Assembly (NCBI GenBank): GCA_963731065.1 | Contig: CAVSUH010000002.1 | Location: 36,503 to 100,502, forward strand | Length of the DNA stretch: 64,000 bases | Direction: 5' to 3' | From: an uncultured Acidimicrobiaceae bacterium | GTDB lineage: Bacteria > Actinomycetota > Acidimicrobiia > Acidimicrobiales > RAAP-2 | Shown here: positions 19,898-28,439 of the stretch, piece by piece | Layout of the letters: each line of letters opens with the position of its first letter | Position numbering within the stretch: the stretch's first letter is position 1 | Made by a program: the position numbers and the translations under genes | The notes under the pieces: generated by a model | What the model was told of the DNA's origin: nothing | What the model saw: the letters and a program-made list of their open reading frames with translations, nothing else | Databases searched by the model: none

Positions 19898-20778
19898 GCC
19901 ACTGGGCGCGACCGGCCCGTCCGTGGGCGCCGATGGTCGCGGGCGTGCTCATCGTCGCCCTGTGGTGGCTGGTCGCCCACAACGCCGGGTCCGGATGGGT
20001 GCAGCTCCTCGGCGACCTCGTCTTCGGTGCCCTCCTCATCGGGATCGTCGGGCCCTTCGTCGTCGTGTCCCGGGCGCGGGTCAGCGTGCGGAGCGCGCCG
20101 GGTGACGGCAGCGCCGGCCTGGCGTTGGAGGTGCAGGTCCGGTCCCGCAGCCGCGTGCGCGTCCGCCCTGTCGACCCACCGGGCCCGGAGGCCTTCGTCG
20201 GGCCGGCCGGCCGGCGGGGCGGGCCCGACGGTGTCGTCACGCTGCTGCCAGTGCGCCGCGGTGTGCACGAAGCGGTCGTCCTCGACGTCGCCTCGGCCGC
20301 ACCGTTCGCGTTGCAATGGTGGACGAAGCGCGTGCGGCTCCCGCTGCCCTCGGCGCTCCACGTGGCGCCCCGCTGCGGCCGGGCACAGCCCGTGCCCCTG
20401 CGCCCGGACGAGGGGACGGGCGACGTCCTCGATCGGCCCCGTTCCGACATGGGTCTGCCCCGGGGCGCCCGCCCCTACGTGCCGGGCGATCCCCGGCGGA
20501 TGGTGCATTGGCGCTCGACGGCCCATGCCGGCCACCTGATGGTGCGCGAGCTCGAGCAGCCGGCGGCCGAGCCGGTGACGGTCACGGTGGAACTGCCCGC
20601 GGACCCTGAGGCGGCCGAGCGGGTGGCGGAAGGTGCCCTGGCTTCGGTCGTGGGCCTCCTCCAGCTCGGGACGCCCGTCCTCCTCGGCACGAGGGAGGCC
20701 GCGGGACCGGTCCTCGGTGCCGTCGCCGACCGGCGCGGCGCCGGCCGGCGCCTCGCCCGGGCCGTCGCCGAGCCGTGA
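19894..20778 (+). CDS. DUF58 domain-containing protein
   Basis: GTG 19894 overlaps the moxR stop (GTGA). Two N-terminal TM helices, then the DUF58 core RPYVPGDPRRMVHWRSTAHAGHLMVRELEQ. Confidence 0.8.
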   Translation: MSHWARPARPWAPMVAGVLIVALWWLVAHNAGSGWVQLLGDLVFGALLIGIVGPFVVVSRARVSVRSAPGDGSAGLALEVQVRSRSRVRVRPVDPPGPEAFVGPAGRRGGPDGVVTLLPVRRGVHEAVVLDVASAAPFALQWWTKRVRLPLPSALHVAPRCGRAQPVPLRPDEGTGDVLDRPRSDMGLPRGARPYVPGDPRRMVHWRSTAHAGHLMVRELEQPAAEPVTVTVELPADPEAAERVAEGALASVVGLLQLGTPVLLGTREAAGPVLGAVADRRGAGRRLARAVAEP

Positions 20779-22845
20779 GCATCGTCGCGGCGGTCCGCCG
20801 GGCGAACCAGCCGGGGCTGCCCGAGAACTCCATCCGGTTGCGGCTCGCCTGCCTGGGCGCCGTGCTGGTGGCGATCGCCGCCTGCGCCTCCCTCCAGGAG
20901 ATCGCCTGGACGACGGCCGTGGGTGCGATGGTGCTCGTGTCGGCCGGCACGGCCTTCTCGCACGCCACCCGGGCCCGGCCCCCGGGGTGGGTGAAGGTCA
21001 TGGTGGCCGTCGGCGCCATCGCCGCGTGCGTCTGGTTCTTCCGTTCGGTCAGCACGCCGGCCGGGGGCATCACGACGCGTGATCAACCCCCTGGTGGTCC
21101 TGCTGGTGACCGTCCTCGTGGTGCACTCCTTCCACGTCCCGTCGCGTCGCGACCTGCTCTTCACCCTCGGCGCCTCGGCCGGCCTGATGGCGGTCGGGGG
21201 TGCGGTGGCCATCGACCTCCGCTTCGGCCTCTTCGTCGTGGCCTGGGGTTGCTGCAGCCTCTGGGGCCTGCTCGAGATGTGGACCTCGGCCAGCGGCGGG
21301 GGACGCAGCTCGGCGACGGGTCTGGTGCTGGCGCTGGTGGCAACCTCGACCGCGGCCGCCGCCGTCTTCCTCGTCCTCCCCGCGCCGGTCGTGTCGTCGC
21401 GCGTCTCCTTCATCGACCGCGCCGGCGCCGGCGGTTCGGTCGGGGTCCCCGGGGGCCTCGCCGGCGACTCCGGCGTCGCCGCCCAACTGTCCCGCGCCGG
21501 CAGTCCGGCCAGCCGGATTCGCGTCGGCGGCTATCTCGGCTTCGCCGCCAGCCTGAACACCGCGCTGCGGGGGAACCTGGGCAACACCCTGGTGATGCAG
21601 GTCCGGGCGCAGCGGCCCTCGTACTGGGTGGGGGAGACCTTCGACACCTGGCAGGGCCAGAGCTGGACGGAGTCGCAGCCGGTGCCGCGCGCTCCCTTGC
21701 GTGAGAGCTCGCCGTTCATCCTCCCGATTCCGCTGGGCGACGTGCCGTTCGGGCAGAGCGACCTCCAGACGTTCTACGTCTCGAGTGCGACCGCGAACCT
21801 TGTCTTCCACGCGGAGAGCGCGAACGAGGTCTGGTTCCCCTCCGGCAAGCTCTACGTCGCCGGCGACGGCACCATCGTCTCGCCGCTGGGCCTGGGCAGC
21901 GGCTCCATCTACACCGTCGATTCGCAGGTGAGCACGGCTACGCCGGCGCAACTCCGGGCCGACGACAGCTCGCTCACCCTTGCCCCGGCCGCGCAACGGA
22001 AGGAAGAGCAGTTGCCGCGCCCGTACCCCCGCGTGCTGGCGCTGGCCCGGTCGATCACCGCCCACGACACCGACACGTACGACAAGGTGCAGTCGCTCAT
22101 CCACTGGATCGGCGCCCACACGCGCTACTCGGAGAACATCCCGCCGCTGCCCCCCGGCGCGGACACCGTCGACGAGTTCCTCTTCGGCAACAGGGTCGGC
22201 TTCTGCGAGCAGATCTCGACGTCGCTGGCCGTGATGCTGCGGTCGCTCGGCATTCCCGCCCGCGAGGCAGTCGGGTACGTGCCCGGGAGCTTCGACCCGA
22301 TCACGGACCTCTACCAGGTCCATGCCAACGACGCCCATGCCTGGGTGCAGGTGTGGTTCCCCGGCTACGGCTGGCAGGACTTCGACCCGACGGCGGCCGT
22401 GCCGGCCGAGCCCCCCAGCCCCGGCGCCACCGCGTTGCGCGACGTGGGCTCAGCCTTGGGCCGCATCCCCCCGGTGCCGGTGGCCGTGGTCGTCGTGGCA
22501 GCCGGGCTCGTCGTCGTGCTCGTGCGCTGGCGCCGGGCCAGGCCGGCGACGTGGGCCGAGCGCCTGGCGCGGCGCGCGGAGCGTGCCGGCCGTCGCGCCG
22601 GCCGGCCTCGCCTGCCCTCCGAGACGCTGGCCGAATACGCCGGGCGGCTCGACCACCTCAGCGCGAGCGGGGATGACACCTGGAGCCGGTTGGCCTCCGT
22701 CGCGGAGGCGAGCGCCTACGGGGGCCTCGACCCGCCCCCGGGGACACAGCACGCCCTCACCCTCGAGGCCAAGCGGGCGCGGGTTCGGCCTCGCGACCCA
22801 GCGGGCTCGGCCGACGCACCCGGGAGACCGCTCGCGAAACTGTGA
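20775..22845 (+). pseudogene. Transglutaminase-domain membrane protein, one +1 frame break near 21070
   Basis: The N-terminal TM region (20775 frame) joins INPLVVLLVTVLVVHSFHVPSRRDL... (21079 frame). Transglutaminase core GFCEQISTSLAVMLRSLGIPAREAVGY...DAHAWVQVWFPGYGWQDFDPT. GTGA overlap with the DUF58 stop. Confidence 0.8.
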
Positions 22846-22867
22846 AGGCTGATCAGGTCAACCCTGG

Positions 22868-23050
22868 TCAGCTCCCGAGGAGATCCGTGCCTCTCTCGTC
22901 CCGCTCCGCTCCACCCATGAGGTCGGTGGCTTGCTCATCGGGTTCTCCACCTCCGAGCACGTCGGTCGCCGACTCATCGGGCTCCGGTCCACCCACCAGG
23001 TCGGTGGCTCGCTCGTCCGGCTCCGGTCCACCCAAGAGGTCCGAATCCAT
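22868..23050 (-). CDS. Candidate 60-aa acidic tandem-repeat micro-protein (13-aa unit TDLxGGPEPDExA x about 4.5)
   Basis: ATG 23050 is preceded by AAAGGGGG 7 nt upstream, 53 nt downstream of the P450 stop on the same strand. The underlying DNA is a 39-bp tandem repeat. A Ser/Pro-rich ORF on the opposite strand (22842..23123) is an alternative reading. Confidence 0.35.
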   Translation of the reverse strand: MDSDLLGGPEPDERATDLVGGPEPDESATDVLGGGEPDEQATDLMGGAERDERGTDLLGS

Positions 23051-23103
23051 GGCCTACCCCCTTTGTCGAGTCACCTCGATCTTACGAAGCAGTGCGGGCT
23101 GGT

Positions 23104-24321
23104 TCAACGGTGCGTCGGCGTGAACGTGATCGGGAGCCGCGCCGGGCCCCAGATGCCGAAGGTCGAAGGCTTCCACTCCACGTCGCCGTTGCGGGCGAGT
23201 GTGGGCAGGCGCCGCGCCAGCAACGGCAGTGCCTCCTGCAGCTCGGCCCGGGCGAGCGCCGCGCCCATGCAGAAGTGGATGCCCGCGCCGAAGGTCATCT
23301 GTGCCGTGGTGCGCTCCCGGGTGATGTCGAAGACGTCGGGATCGTCGAAGGCCTCCGGATCACGGTTGGCTCCGGCCAGCGAGGTGGCCACCAAGGTCCC
23401 CTCGGGGAACAGCACGTCGCGGTAGACGACGTCCTCGGCCGCGAAGCGCGCCGTGCCCCGCACCGCGCCGAGGTAGCGCATCGACTCCTCGACGGCCCGG
23501 CCGGCCAGGTCCGGCCGTTCCGCCAGCAGGGCCCACTGGTCGGGGTACTCGGTGAACAGCGCGACCGAACACGCCAGCTGATTGCGCGTGGTGTCGGTTC
23601 CCGCCATGAGCACCGCTTGCGCCAGCATCGCCATCTCGTCGGTCGAGAGGCGGTCGCCCTCCTCCTCGACCGCGATGAGGTCGCTGAGGAGATCGTCGCG
23701 GGGGTCGGCCCGGCGCGCCGTGATCATGTCGCTGACGTAGGCGTTGAGCTCCTCGCCCGCCCGCGCAATGAAGGGGAGGTCCACGGCCAGATTGCCGTTG
23801 AAGATGCGGAAGATGTCGGTGGCCCAGCCCGAGAACAGCTTCCAGTCCTCGGGCGGTGCGCCGAGCAGCTCGCAGATGATGGGGATGGGGTAGGGCTCGC
23901 AGACGTCCGCCACCAGCTCGCACTCGCCCCGCGCCACCACCCGGTCGACCAGCTCGCCGACCACCCGCTGCATGGTGGGCCGGAGCCGGTTGGCCGAGGC
24001 CGGCGTGAAGGCTGGCGCCACCAGCCGCCGCAGGCGGGCGTGCGCCGGACCCTCCATCGTGAGGATGGAATCGACGCGGCGGTCGCGCACGAGCGTGTCC
24101 TGCAACTCGGGGGCACGCTCGATCATGGACAGCGCGGAGTGGAAGCGCTGATCGCGCAGAATGGCGGTGACGTCCTGCAGCCGGGTCACCGAGTACCCCA
24201 ATTCGGAGCGGGCCAGCCAGTGCACCGAACGCGCCGCCGTAATGGCGTCGATGGCCTCCCGGCGCTCCAGCCCCACCGTGTCGAGGTAGGGCAGGTTCAG
24301 GTCTGAGACCAGTTGTGGCAT
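23104..24321 (-). CDS. Cytochrome P450
   Basis: 405-aa ORF. I-helix AGTDTT, ExxR (EESMR), and heme-binding loop FGAGIHFCMGAALAR. Confidence 0.9.
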   Translation of the reverse strand: MPQLVSDLNLPYLDTVGLERREAIDAITAARSVHWLARSELGYSVTRLQDVTAILRDQRFHSALSMIERAPELQDTLVRDRRVDSILTMEGPAHARLRRLVAPAFTPASANRLRPTMQRVVGELVDRVVARGECELVADVCEPYPIPIICELLGAPPEDWKLFSGWATDIFRIFNGNLAVDLPFIARAGEELNAYVSDMITARRADPRDDLLSDLIAVEEEGDRLSTDEMAMLAQAVLMAGTDTTRNQLACSVALFTEYPDQWALLAERPDLAGRAVEESMRYLGAVRGTARFAAEDVVYRDVLFPEGTLVATSLAGANRDPEAFDDPDVFDITRERTTAQMTFGAGIHFCMGAALARAELQEALPLLARRLPTLARNGDVEWKPSTFGIWGPARLPITFTPTHR

Positions 24322-24496
24322 GAGCCCCCAATGCGTAGGCGCCCCGATGAGGTGTGCGGCGACAGAACGAGGTTAGTGGAGCCGGCAGCGCGGTCTTTGA
24401 CCGAGTAGGGACCACCGCAAGGGCCCCGGTATGTCGCCGTTCCCGGCGTGAGGTGCGTGGCCGGGCAGCGTCGCTGACGTTGGCGGCGGTCACGCA

Positions 24497-24504
24497 CCTC
24501 CTCC
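24497..24504 (-). promoter_or_regulatory. Orphan strong Shine-Dalgarno (GGAGGAGG) in the SDR-P450 intergenic gap
   Basis: Minus-strand GGAGGAGGTGCGTG. Two GTG codons follow within 6 nt, but neither opens an ORF with a recognisable product. Confidence 0.3.
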
Positions 24505-24535
24505 GTGTGAGGCGGCGGCCGGCCGCGCGGTCGCC

Positions 24536-25363
24536 TTACGACGGGCGGTCGGGCTCCAGCGCGGGGTGCCGCTTGGCGAGGAGGGGGAGGAGGAGCGCCT
24601 TGGGTGCCAGGTGCGCCAACCCGGCCGCGGCGCGGTTCGCCGTCCCCGGGATCACCACGCTGCGGCCCGCCGCGAGTCCCTCGATCGCGGCGCGGGCCAC
24701 GTCGACCGCGGGGATCCACATGATCTTTGGCAGCGACTCGGCCGCCTCCTCGTCGGTCATCCCTGCCGCCTCGGCGAAGCCGGTCTCGACCGGCCCCGGG
24801 CACAGCGTGGTCACGCTGACACCCGTGCCACGCAGCTCGGCGCCGAGGGCGCGCCCGTAGGAGAGCACGAAGGCCTTCGACGCGCCGTAGCCGGCCTGTC
24901 CGGGCAGCGGCTGAAAGGCGGCGGTCGACGCCGTGTTCAGCACCGCGCCGCGGTGCCGGGTGACCATGCCGGGCACGAACAGGGTGCACAGGTCGACGAC
25001 CGCTTCGACGTTGGTGCGGACCAGCGCGAGCTCGGCGGCGCGGTCGGCCCGGTACACGGGGCCCATCGTCGTGAAGCCCGCGTTGTTGACCAGGATGTCA
25101 GCGCTCAGACCGCGCGCTTCGAGCAGCGCGGGGAGCTCGCCGCGCGAGTCGGCATCGGTGAGATCGGCCGCAATGACCTCGACGCGGACGGAGTGCAACT
25201 GCGCGAGCTCGTCGGCCAGTGCCTTCAAGCGGTCCTCGCGCCGGGCCACCAGGGTCAGGCCGTGGCCGCGCCCTGCCAACTCCCGAGCGATCTCCGACCC
25301 GATGCCTGACGATGCGCCGGTGACGATCGCGGTCGTGTTCTCTCTGGGTGTCGGCAGTGCCAT
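24536..25363 (-). CDS. SDR family oxidoreductase
   Basis: TGASSGIGSEIAREL cofactor motif, NNAG, and YGASKAF catalytic motif. Confidence 0.9.
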   Translation of the reverse strand: MALPTPRENTTAIVTGASSGIGSEIARELAGRGHGLTLVARREDRLKALADELAQLHSVRVEVIAADLTDADSRGELPALLEARGLSADILVNNAGFTTMGPVYRADRAAELALVRTNVEAVVDLCTLFVPGMVTRHRGAVLNTASTAAFQPLPGQAGYGASKAFVLSYGRALGAELRGTGVSVTTLCPGPVETGFAEAAGMTDEEAAESLPKIMWIPAVDVARAAIEGLAAGRSVVIPGTANRAAAGLAHLAPKALLLPLLAKRHPALEPDRPS

Positions 25364-25843
25364 GACGAGAGCGTAGGTGACCGCGTCAGCGCCATCATCG
25401 GGGCCGCGGATGTCGTCAGATCACGGCGATGTGAAGTTCGCGTGACGGAAGCGATCCCCACCAGGGCCTTCGCGAATGCCCTGTTCGTGTGGGGTTCACA
25501 CGGTGGGGGGTGAGGTGGATACTTGACTCAAGCGAGCGGCAAACGGAGCACCCGCCGTTGCCCCGAGTGGAAAGGAGCTGCCGATGGCATCGACAGGCTC
25601 GACCGAGGAGGCCGATCCGCCGGGTTGAAGTTGCGTCACCGATATCGGTTTCGGTGGCGCCTCAGAGCAGTCCGCTTGGCGTGAGGCCCGGCGTATGAAT
25701 GAGGCCGCGTTCGCGCCGGTGCGTGTGCCGGCCGGCCGACAAGGCGGCCCCCGCACCCACTGCGCCGCAGGCGAGAGCCAGGGACTGCGTACAGAACGAA
25801 CCAAGCAAACACAGAAGCACAAGGAGAAACATAGGAACGAGTG

Positions 25844-25867
25844 AGGACCGGCCTGCGTGCCGGTCCT
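25844..25867 (+). terminator. Perfect 9-bp stem hairpin (AGGACCGGC-ctgcgt-GCCGGTCCT); function unassigned
   Basis: Seen directly in the sequence, at the end of a purine-rich lower-GC stretch and 58 nt upstream of the next start codon. There is no clear U-tract on the plus strand; the pyrimidine-rich tail is on the minus strand. Confidence 0.25.
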
Positions 25868-25925
25868 TCTCGCGTCTCCGGAGCCGGTGCGGTGCGGCCG
25901 ATGTGCGGCCGTGCCATGGTGGGGC

Positions 25926-26558
25926 ATGCCCGGGACGCGCCTGCCGATGTTCCCCCTCTCGGCCGTGTTGTTCCCGCACGCCCGCATGCCGCTGCACGTC
26001 TTCGAGCCGCGCTACCGCGAGCTGATGCGGGACTGCCTGGCGGGCGACGCCCGGTTCGGCATCGTGCTCATTGCCCGGGGCTCCGAAGTCGGTGGCGGCG
26101 ACGAGCGCAGCGCGCTCGGCACACGGGGCGTCATCACGGAGGCGGCCGAGCTGCCGGACGGGCGCTGGGTCCTGGAGGTCGAAGGGGAGGCGCTGATTGA
26201 GGTGGAGGAGTGGCTCCCCGACGATCCCTATCCGGTGGCGCTGGTCCGGGAGGCCGCACCCGGGCCCCGAGCGGCGGCCGCCGCCCCGCTGGTGGGCGCA
26301 GCCGGGCAGCGGGTGCGCCGGGCGCGGGCCCTGCTGGCGGAGCAGGGTGGCGCGCCGCCTCTCCCGCCCGAGCTCGCGCTCGACGGCGGAGGGGATGTGG
26401 ACCGGGCGGCCTGGCAGCTGTGTGCGGTCGCCCCGCTCAGCGCCTACGACGCCCAGCGCCTCCTGGGGTCGGACGGCGCCCCGGAGCGCCTGCGACTCCT
26501 CAGCGCATTGATGGAAGAGCTCGAGCTCGACCTGCACCGCATGCTCCGCGCTGAGTAA
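25926..26558 (+). CDS. LON peptidase substrate-binding (Lon N-terminal) domain protein
   Basis: LPMFPLSAVLFPHARMPLHVFEPRYRELM...FGIVL is the Lon N-domain signature. No AAA or protease domain follows. Confidence 0.8.
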   Translation: MPGTRLPMFPLSAVLFPHARMPLHVFEPRYRELMRDCLAGDARFGIVLIARGSEVGGGDERSALGTRGVITEAAELPDGRWVLEVEGEALIEVEEWLPDDPYPVALVREAAPGPRAAAAAPLVGAAGQRVRRARALLAEQGGAPPLPPELALDGGGDVDRAAWQLCAVAPLSAYDAQRLLGSDGAPERLRLLSALMEELELDLHRMLRAE

Positions 26559-26578
26559 GCCGGCGGCGCGTCTGCCCG

Positions 26579-27385
26579 TCAGACGGGCGCGCCGGGGGTC
26601 GCCCGCTCAATGGCCCCCCAGCCGCTCGAACGCTCGCGCCGGGCGCGCTCGGCGTCGTGACCGCCGCGCAGCCCGAAGAGCCGCTTGGCGAGGAGCAGGT
26701 AGATGACGACCGCGAGGTTGATGATCAGCGCCACGAGCTTGAAAGCACTCACGCTGTTCGTGAGCTCGTAGACCTCGAACGGCACGAGCGCGGTCGTGGC
26801 GACGAAGGTGAGGTACTCGGCCCAGCGCTTGTTGAGCCAGAGCCCCACCATCTCGGCCGCCTCCAGCGCGGCGAAGGCCAGCAGCACGAGCGCCAGGACG
26901 CGCAGGTGCGTCGGCGAGTACTTGAAGGCCCGGCCGAAATAGCCGAGGAGGCCGCGCGCCTGGGAGGCGCCGGGCGTCCCGCCGGCCAGATCGTTCATGA
27001 TGTTCTGGTAGTCGTGATGGAGGGCCTGGTCGTGCGCGGCGAAGGTCAGGAGCGCCACGGCCAGCGCGGTCAGGACGATGACGTGGATGGCGCGGTCCAC
27101 CGCAATGAGGCGCAGGATGTAGCGGTCGCGCAGCGCGGCGCCGCGCAGCGGGAGCCTGATTTCGTCCCGCGCCTCGACCCGTTCGCGTGCCGGCTGGTCC
27201 GGCGCCGCCTGCGGCACCCAGCAGTCGCAGCGCAGGCAGTGGTGCCAGCGCACCGCGCCTTCCTGGCGCACCACCAGCGCATCGTCGGGCGTGACGAGCG
27301 CGGCGTCCGTCCCGACCAGGACGTGGCCGGACCAGGCGCAGGTGAAGAGCTCGTAACGGTTCGAGGGTCGGCGGCGGCCCGGCAC
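26579..27385 (-). CDS. DUF2127 domain membrane protein with N-terminal Cys/His-rich segment
   Basis: YILRLIAVDRAIHVIVL...TFVATTALVPFEVYEL...LVALIINLAVVIYLL matches the DUF2127 four-helix layout. N-terminus has CAWSGH...HHCLRCDCW. Confidence 0.8.
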   Translation of the reverse strand: MPGRRRPSNRYELFTCAWSGHVLVGTDAALVTPDDALVVRQEGAVRWHHCLRCDCWVPQAAPDQPARERVEARDEIRLPLRGAALRDRYILRLIAVDRAIHVIVLTALAVALLTFAAHDQALHHDYQNIMNDLAGGTPGASQARGLLGYFGRAFKYSPTHLRVLALVLLAFAALEAAEMVGLWLNKRWAEYLTFVATTALVPFEVYELTNSVSAFKLVALIINLAVVIYLLLAKRLFGLRGGHDAERARRERSSGWGAIERATPGAPV

Positions 27386-27420
27386 GCCGTCAGGTTAGGC
27401 ACCGCTCCCGAGATTCCTCT

Positions 27421-27517
27421 GTGACTCGGCGCCCGACGGGAGCGTGTGACTCGGCGCCCGACGGGAGCGTGTGACTCGGCGCCCGAAAGGCGCGTGTGAC
27501 TTGGCACATGGCGCGTG
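27421..27517. repeat. 25-bp direct tandem repeat, three good copies plus one degenerate
   Basis: gtgactcggcgcccgacgggagcgt at 27421-27445 and 27446-27470. gtgactcggcgcccgaaaggcgcgt at 27471-27495. Degenerate gtgacttggcacatggcgcgt from 27496. Confidence 0.9.
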
Positions 27518-27542
27518 CGGCGTCCCGGCGCAGCGACGCGTC

Positions 27543-28439
27543 TCAGTCCAGCCCAGGGAGCACCGCGTCCAGGTAGCGCTGCGGTGCCTCGACCATCGGG
27601 TAGTGGCCCACGCCCTCCAGCCGGATGGGCGTGGCGTCCGGCCGGGCCGCCAGCAGCGTGTCGACCATGGAGGGGACGGCGATCGGGTCGTCCAGCCCCC
27701 ACACGACGTGCAGCGGGGACGGGTCCGCCTCGATCGCGCCGGTGAAGCGCCGCTCGTTGGCCCGCCGCTCCTCGATGTAACGGATCAGCCTCGGCAGGAG
27801 CAGATGGCCGTCCTCGTGGACCACCTGGGCCGCCGCCGCCGGGACGGGATCCTCGGGCCACCCGGGGGGGACAAGAGGGGTCAGCGGGCTGAACGTCTCC
27901 CGCAGGCTCTGCGCGATGGAGGCGGCGTCGATCGGGACGCCCGGCGGGAGCAGCTCGTCGGGCAGCCCGAGCAGGAGCTGCTGGCCGTTGGTCAGCTGGG
28001 CCTGGGCGATGTAGATGCTCCCGTTCGTCAGGACGCGCTGTGTCACCTCGACGGGCCAGGAGCCCTCGGCCCTGCGGGCCAGGAGCTCGCCGCCGACGGT
28101 GTCGCCCATGTCGTGGGTGAGGAGAGCCAGGCGCCCGATCCTCAGGGCGGCGACGAAGGCGGAGGCCACGTCGGCCTGCAGCCCCATGGAATAGGCCCGG
28201 TCGGGCTTGGCGGACAGCCCGTACCCGACCATGTCGAGCAGGAGGACGCGCCGCCCGTCGCGCAGGCCGTCGAGCACGGCGGCGTAGTCGAAGGACGAGG
28301 TCGGGAAACCGTGCAGTACGAGCAGGGGCACGTGCCGCTCTGGGCCGATCGGCGGCGCGTCAATGGTGAAGACCCGCTCGCCGCAGAGCTCGCGCGGTGT
28401 GCCGATGGCCTCCCATCCCGTGGCGCTCGAGATGGTCAC
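27543..28439 (-). CDS. Alpha/beta hydrolase, Asp-nucleophile type (epoxide hydrolase/haloalkane dehalogenase-like)
   Basis: LLVLHGFPTSSFDY, nucleophile elbow LLTHDMGDTVG, C-terminal GHYPMVE. GTG 28439 overlaps the upstream stop (GTGA). Confidence 0.8.
   Translation of the reverse strand: MTISSATGWEAIGTPRELCGERVFTIDAPPIGPERHVPLLVLHGFPTSSFDYAAVLDGLRDGRRVLLLDMVGYGLSAKPDRAYSMGLQADVASAFVAALRIGRLALLTHDMGDTVGGELLARRAEGSWPVEVTQRVLTNGSIYIAQAQLTNGQQLLLGLPDELLPPGVPIDAASIAQSLRETFSPLTPLVPPGWPEDPVPAAAAQVVHEDGHLLLPRLIRYIEERRANERRFTGAIEADPSPLHVVWGLDDPIAVPSMVDTLLAARPDATPIRLEGVGHYPMVEAPQRYLDAVLPGLD

Noticed and set aside
19231-20778. 515-aa ORF suggesting a long protein overlapping moxR
   Set aside because: Only the part from GTG 19894 onward (TM helices plus DUF58 core) makes sense. 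The upstream 220 aa are an alternative-frame reading of moxR.
22868-23050. The acidic repeat peptide as substrate of the adjacent P450 (P450-crosslinked RiPP)
   Set aside because: Known P450 RiPP crosslinks need Trp, Tyr or His. The repeat peptide has none, and no Cys either. It is retained only as an unexplained repeat ORF.
25662-25832. Small hydrophobic minus-strand peptide MFLLVLLCLLGSFCTQSLALACG... as a lipoprotein or membrane micro-protein
   Set aside because: No ribosome-binding site upstream, a non-canonical lipobox, and it is only the tail of a longer junk ORF (25662..26537).
25490-25870. Possible tmRNA or RNase P RNA in the long intergenic region
   Set aside because: No GGGGCUGA...UUCGAC 5' end or tRNA-like ...UCCACCA 3' end for tmRNA. 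No GAGGAAAGUCCGGGCUC or ACAGAACCCGGCUUA boxes for RNase P; only loose resemblances (GAGTGGAAAGGAGCTGCC, ACAGAACGAACC). Kept only as an unassigned structured region.
27421-27517. CRISPR array
   Set aside because: The 25-bp units are directly adjacent with no spacers, and there are no cas genes anywhere in the window.
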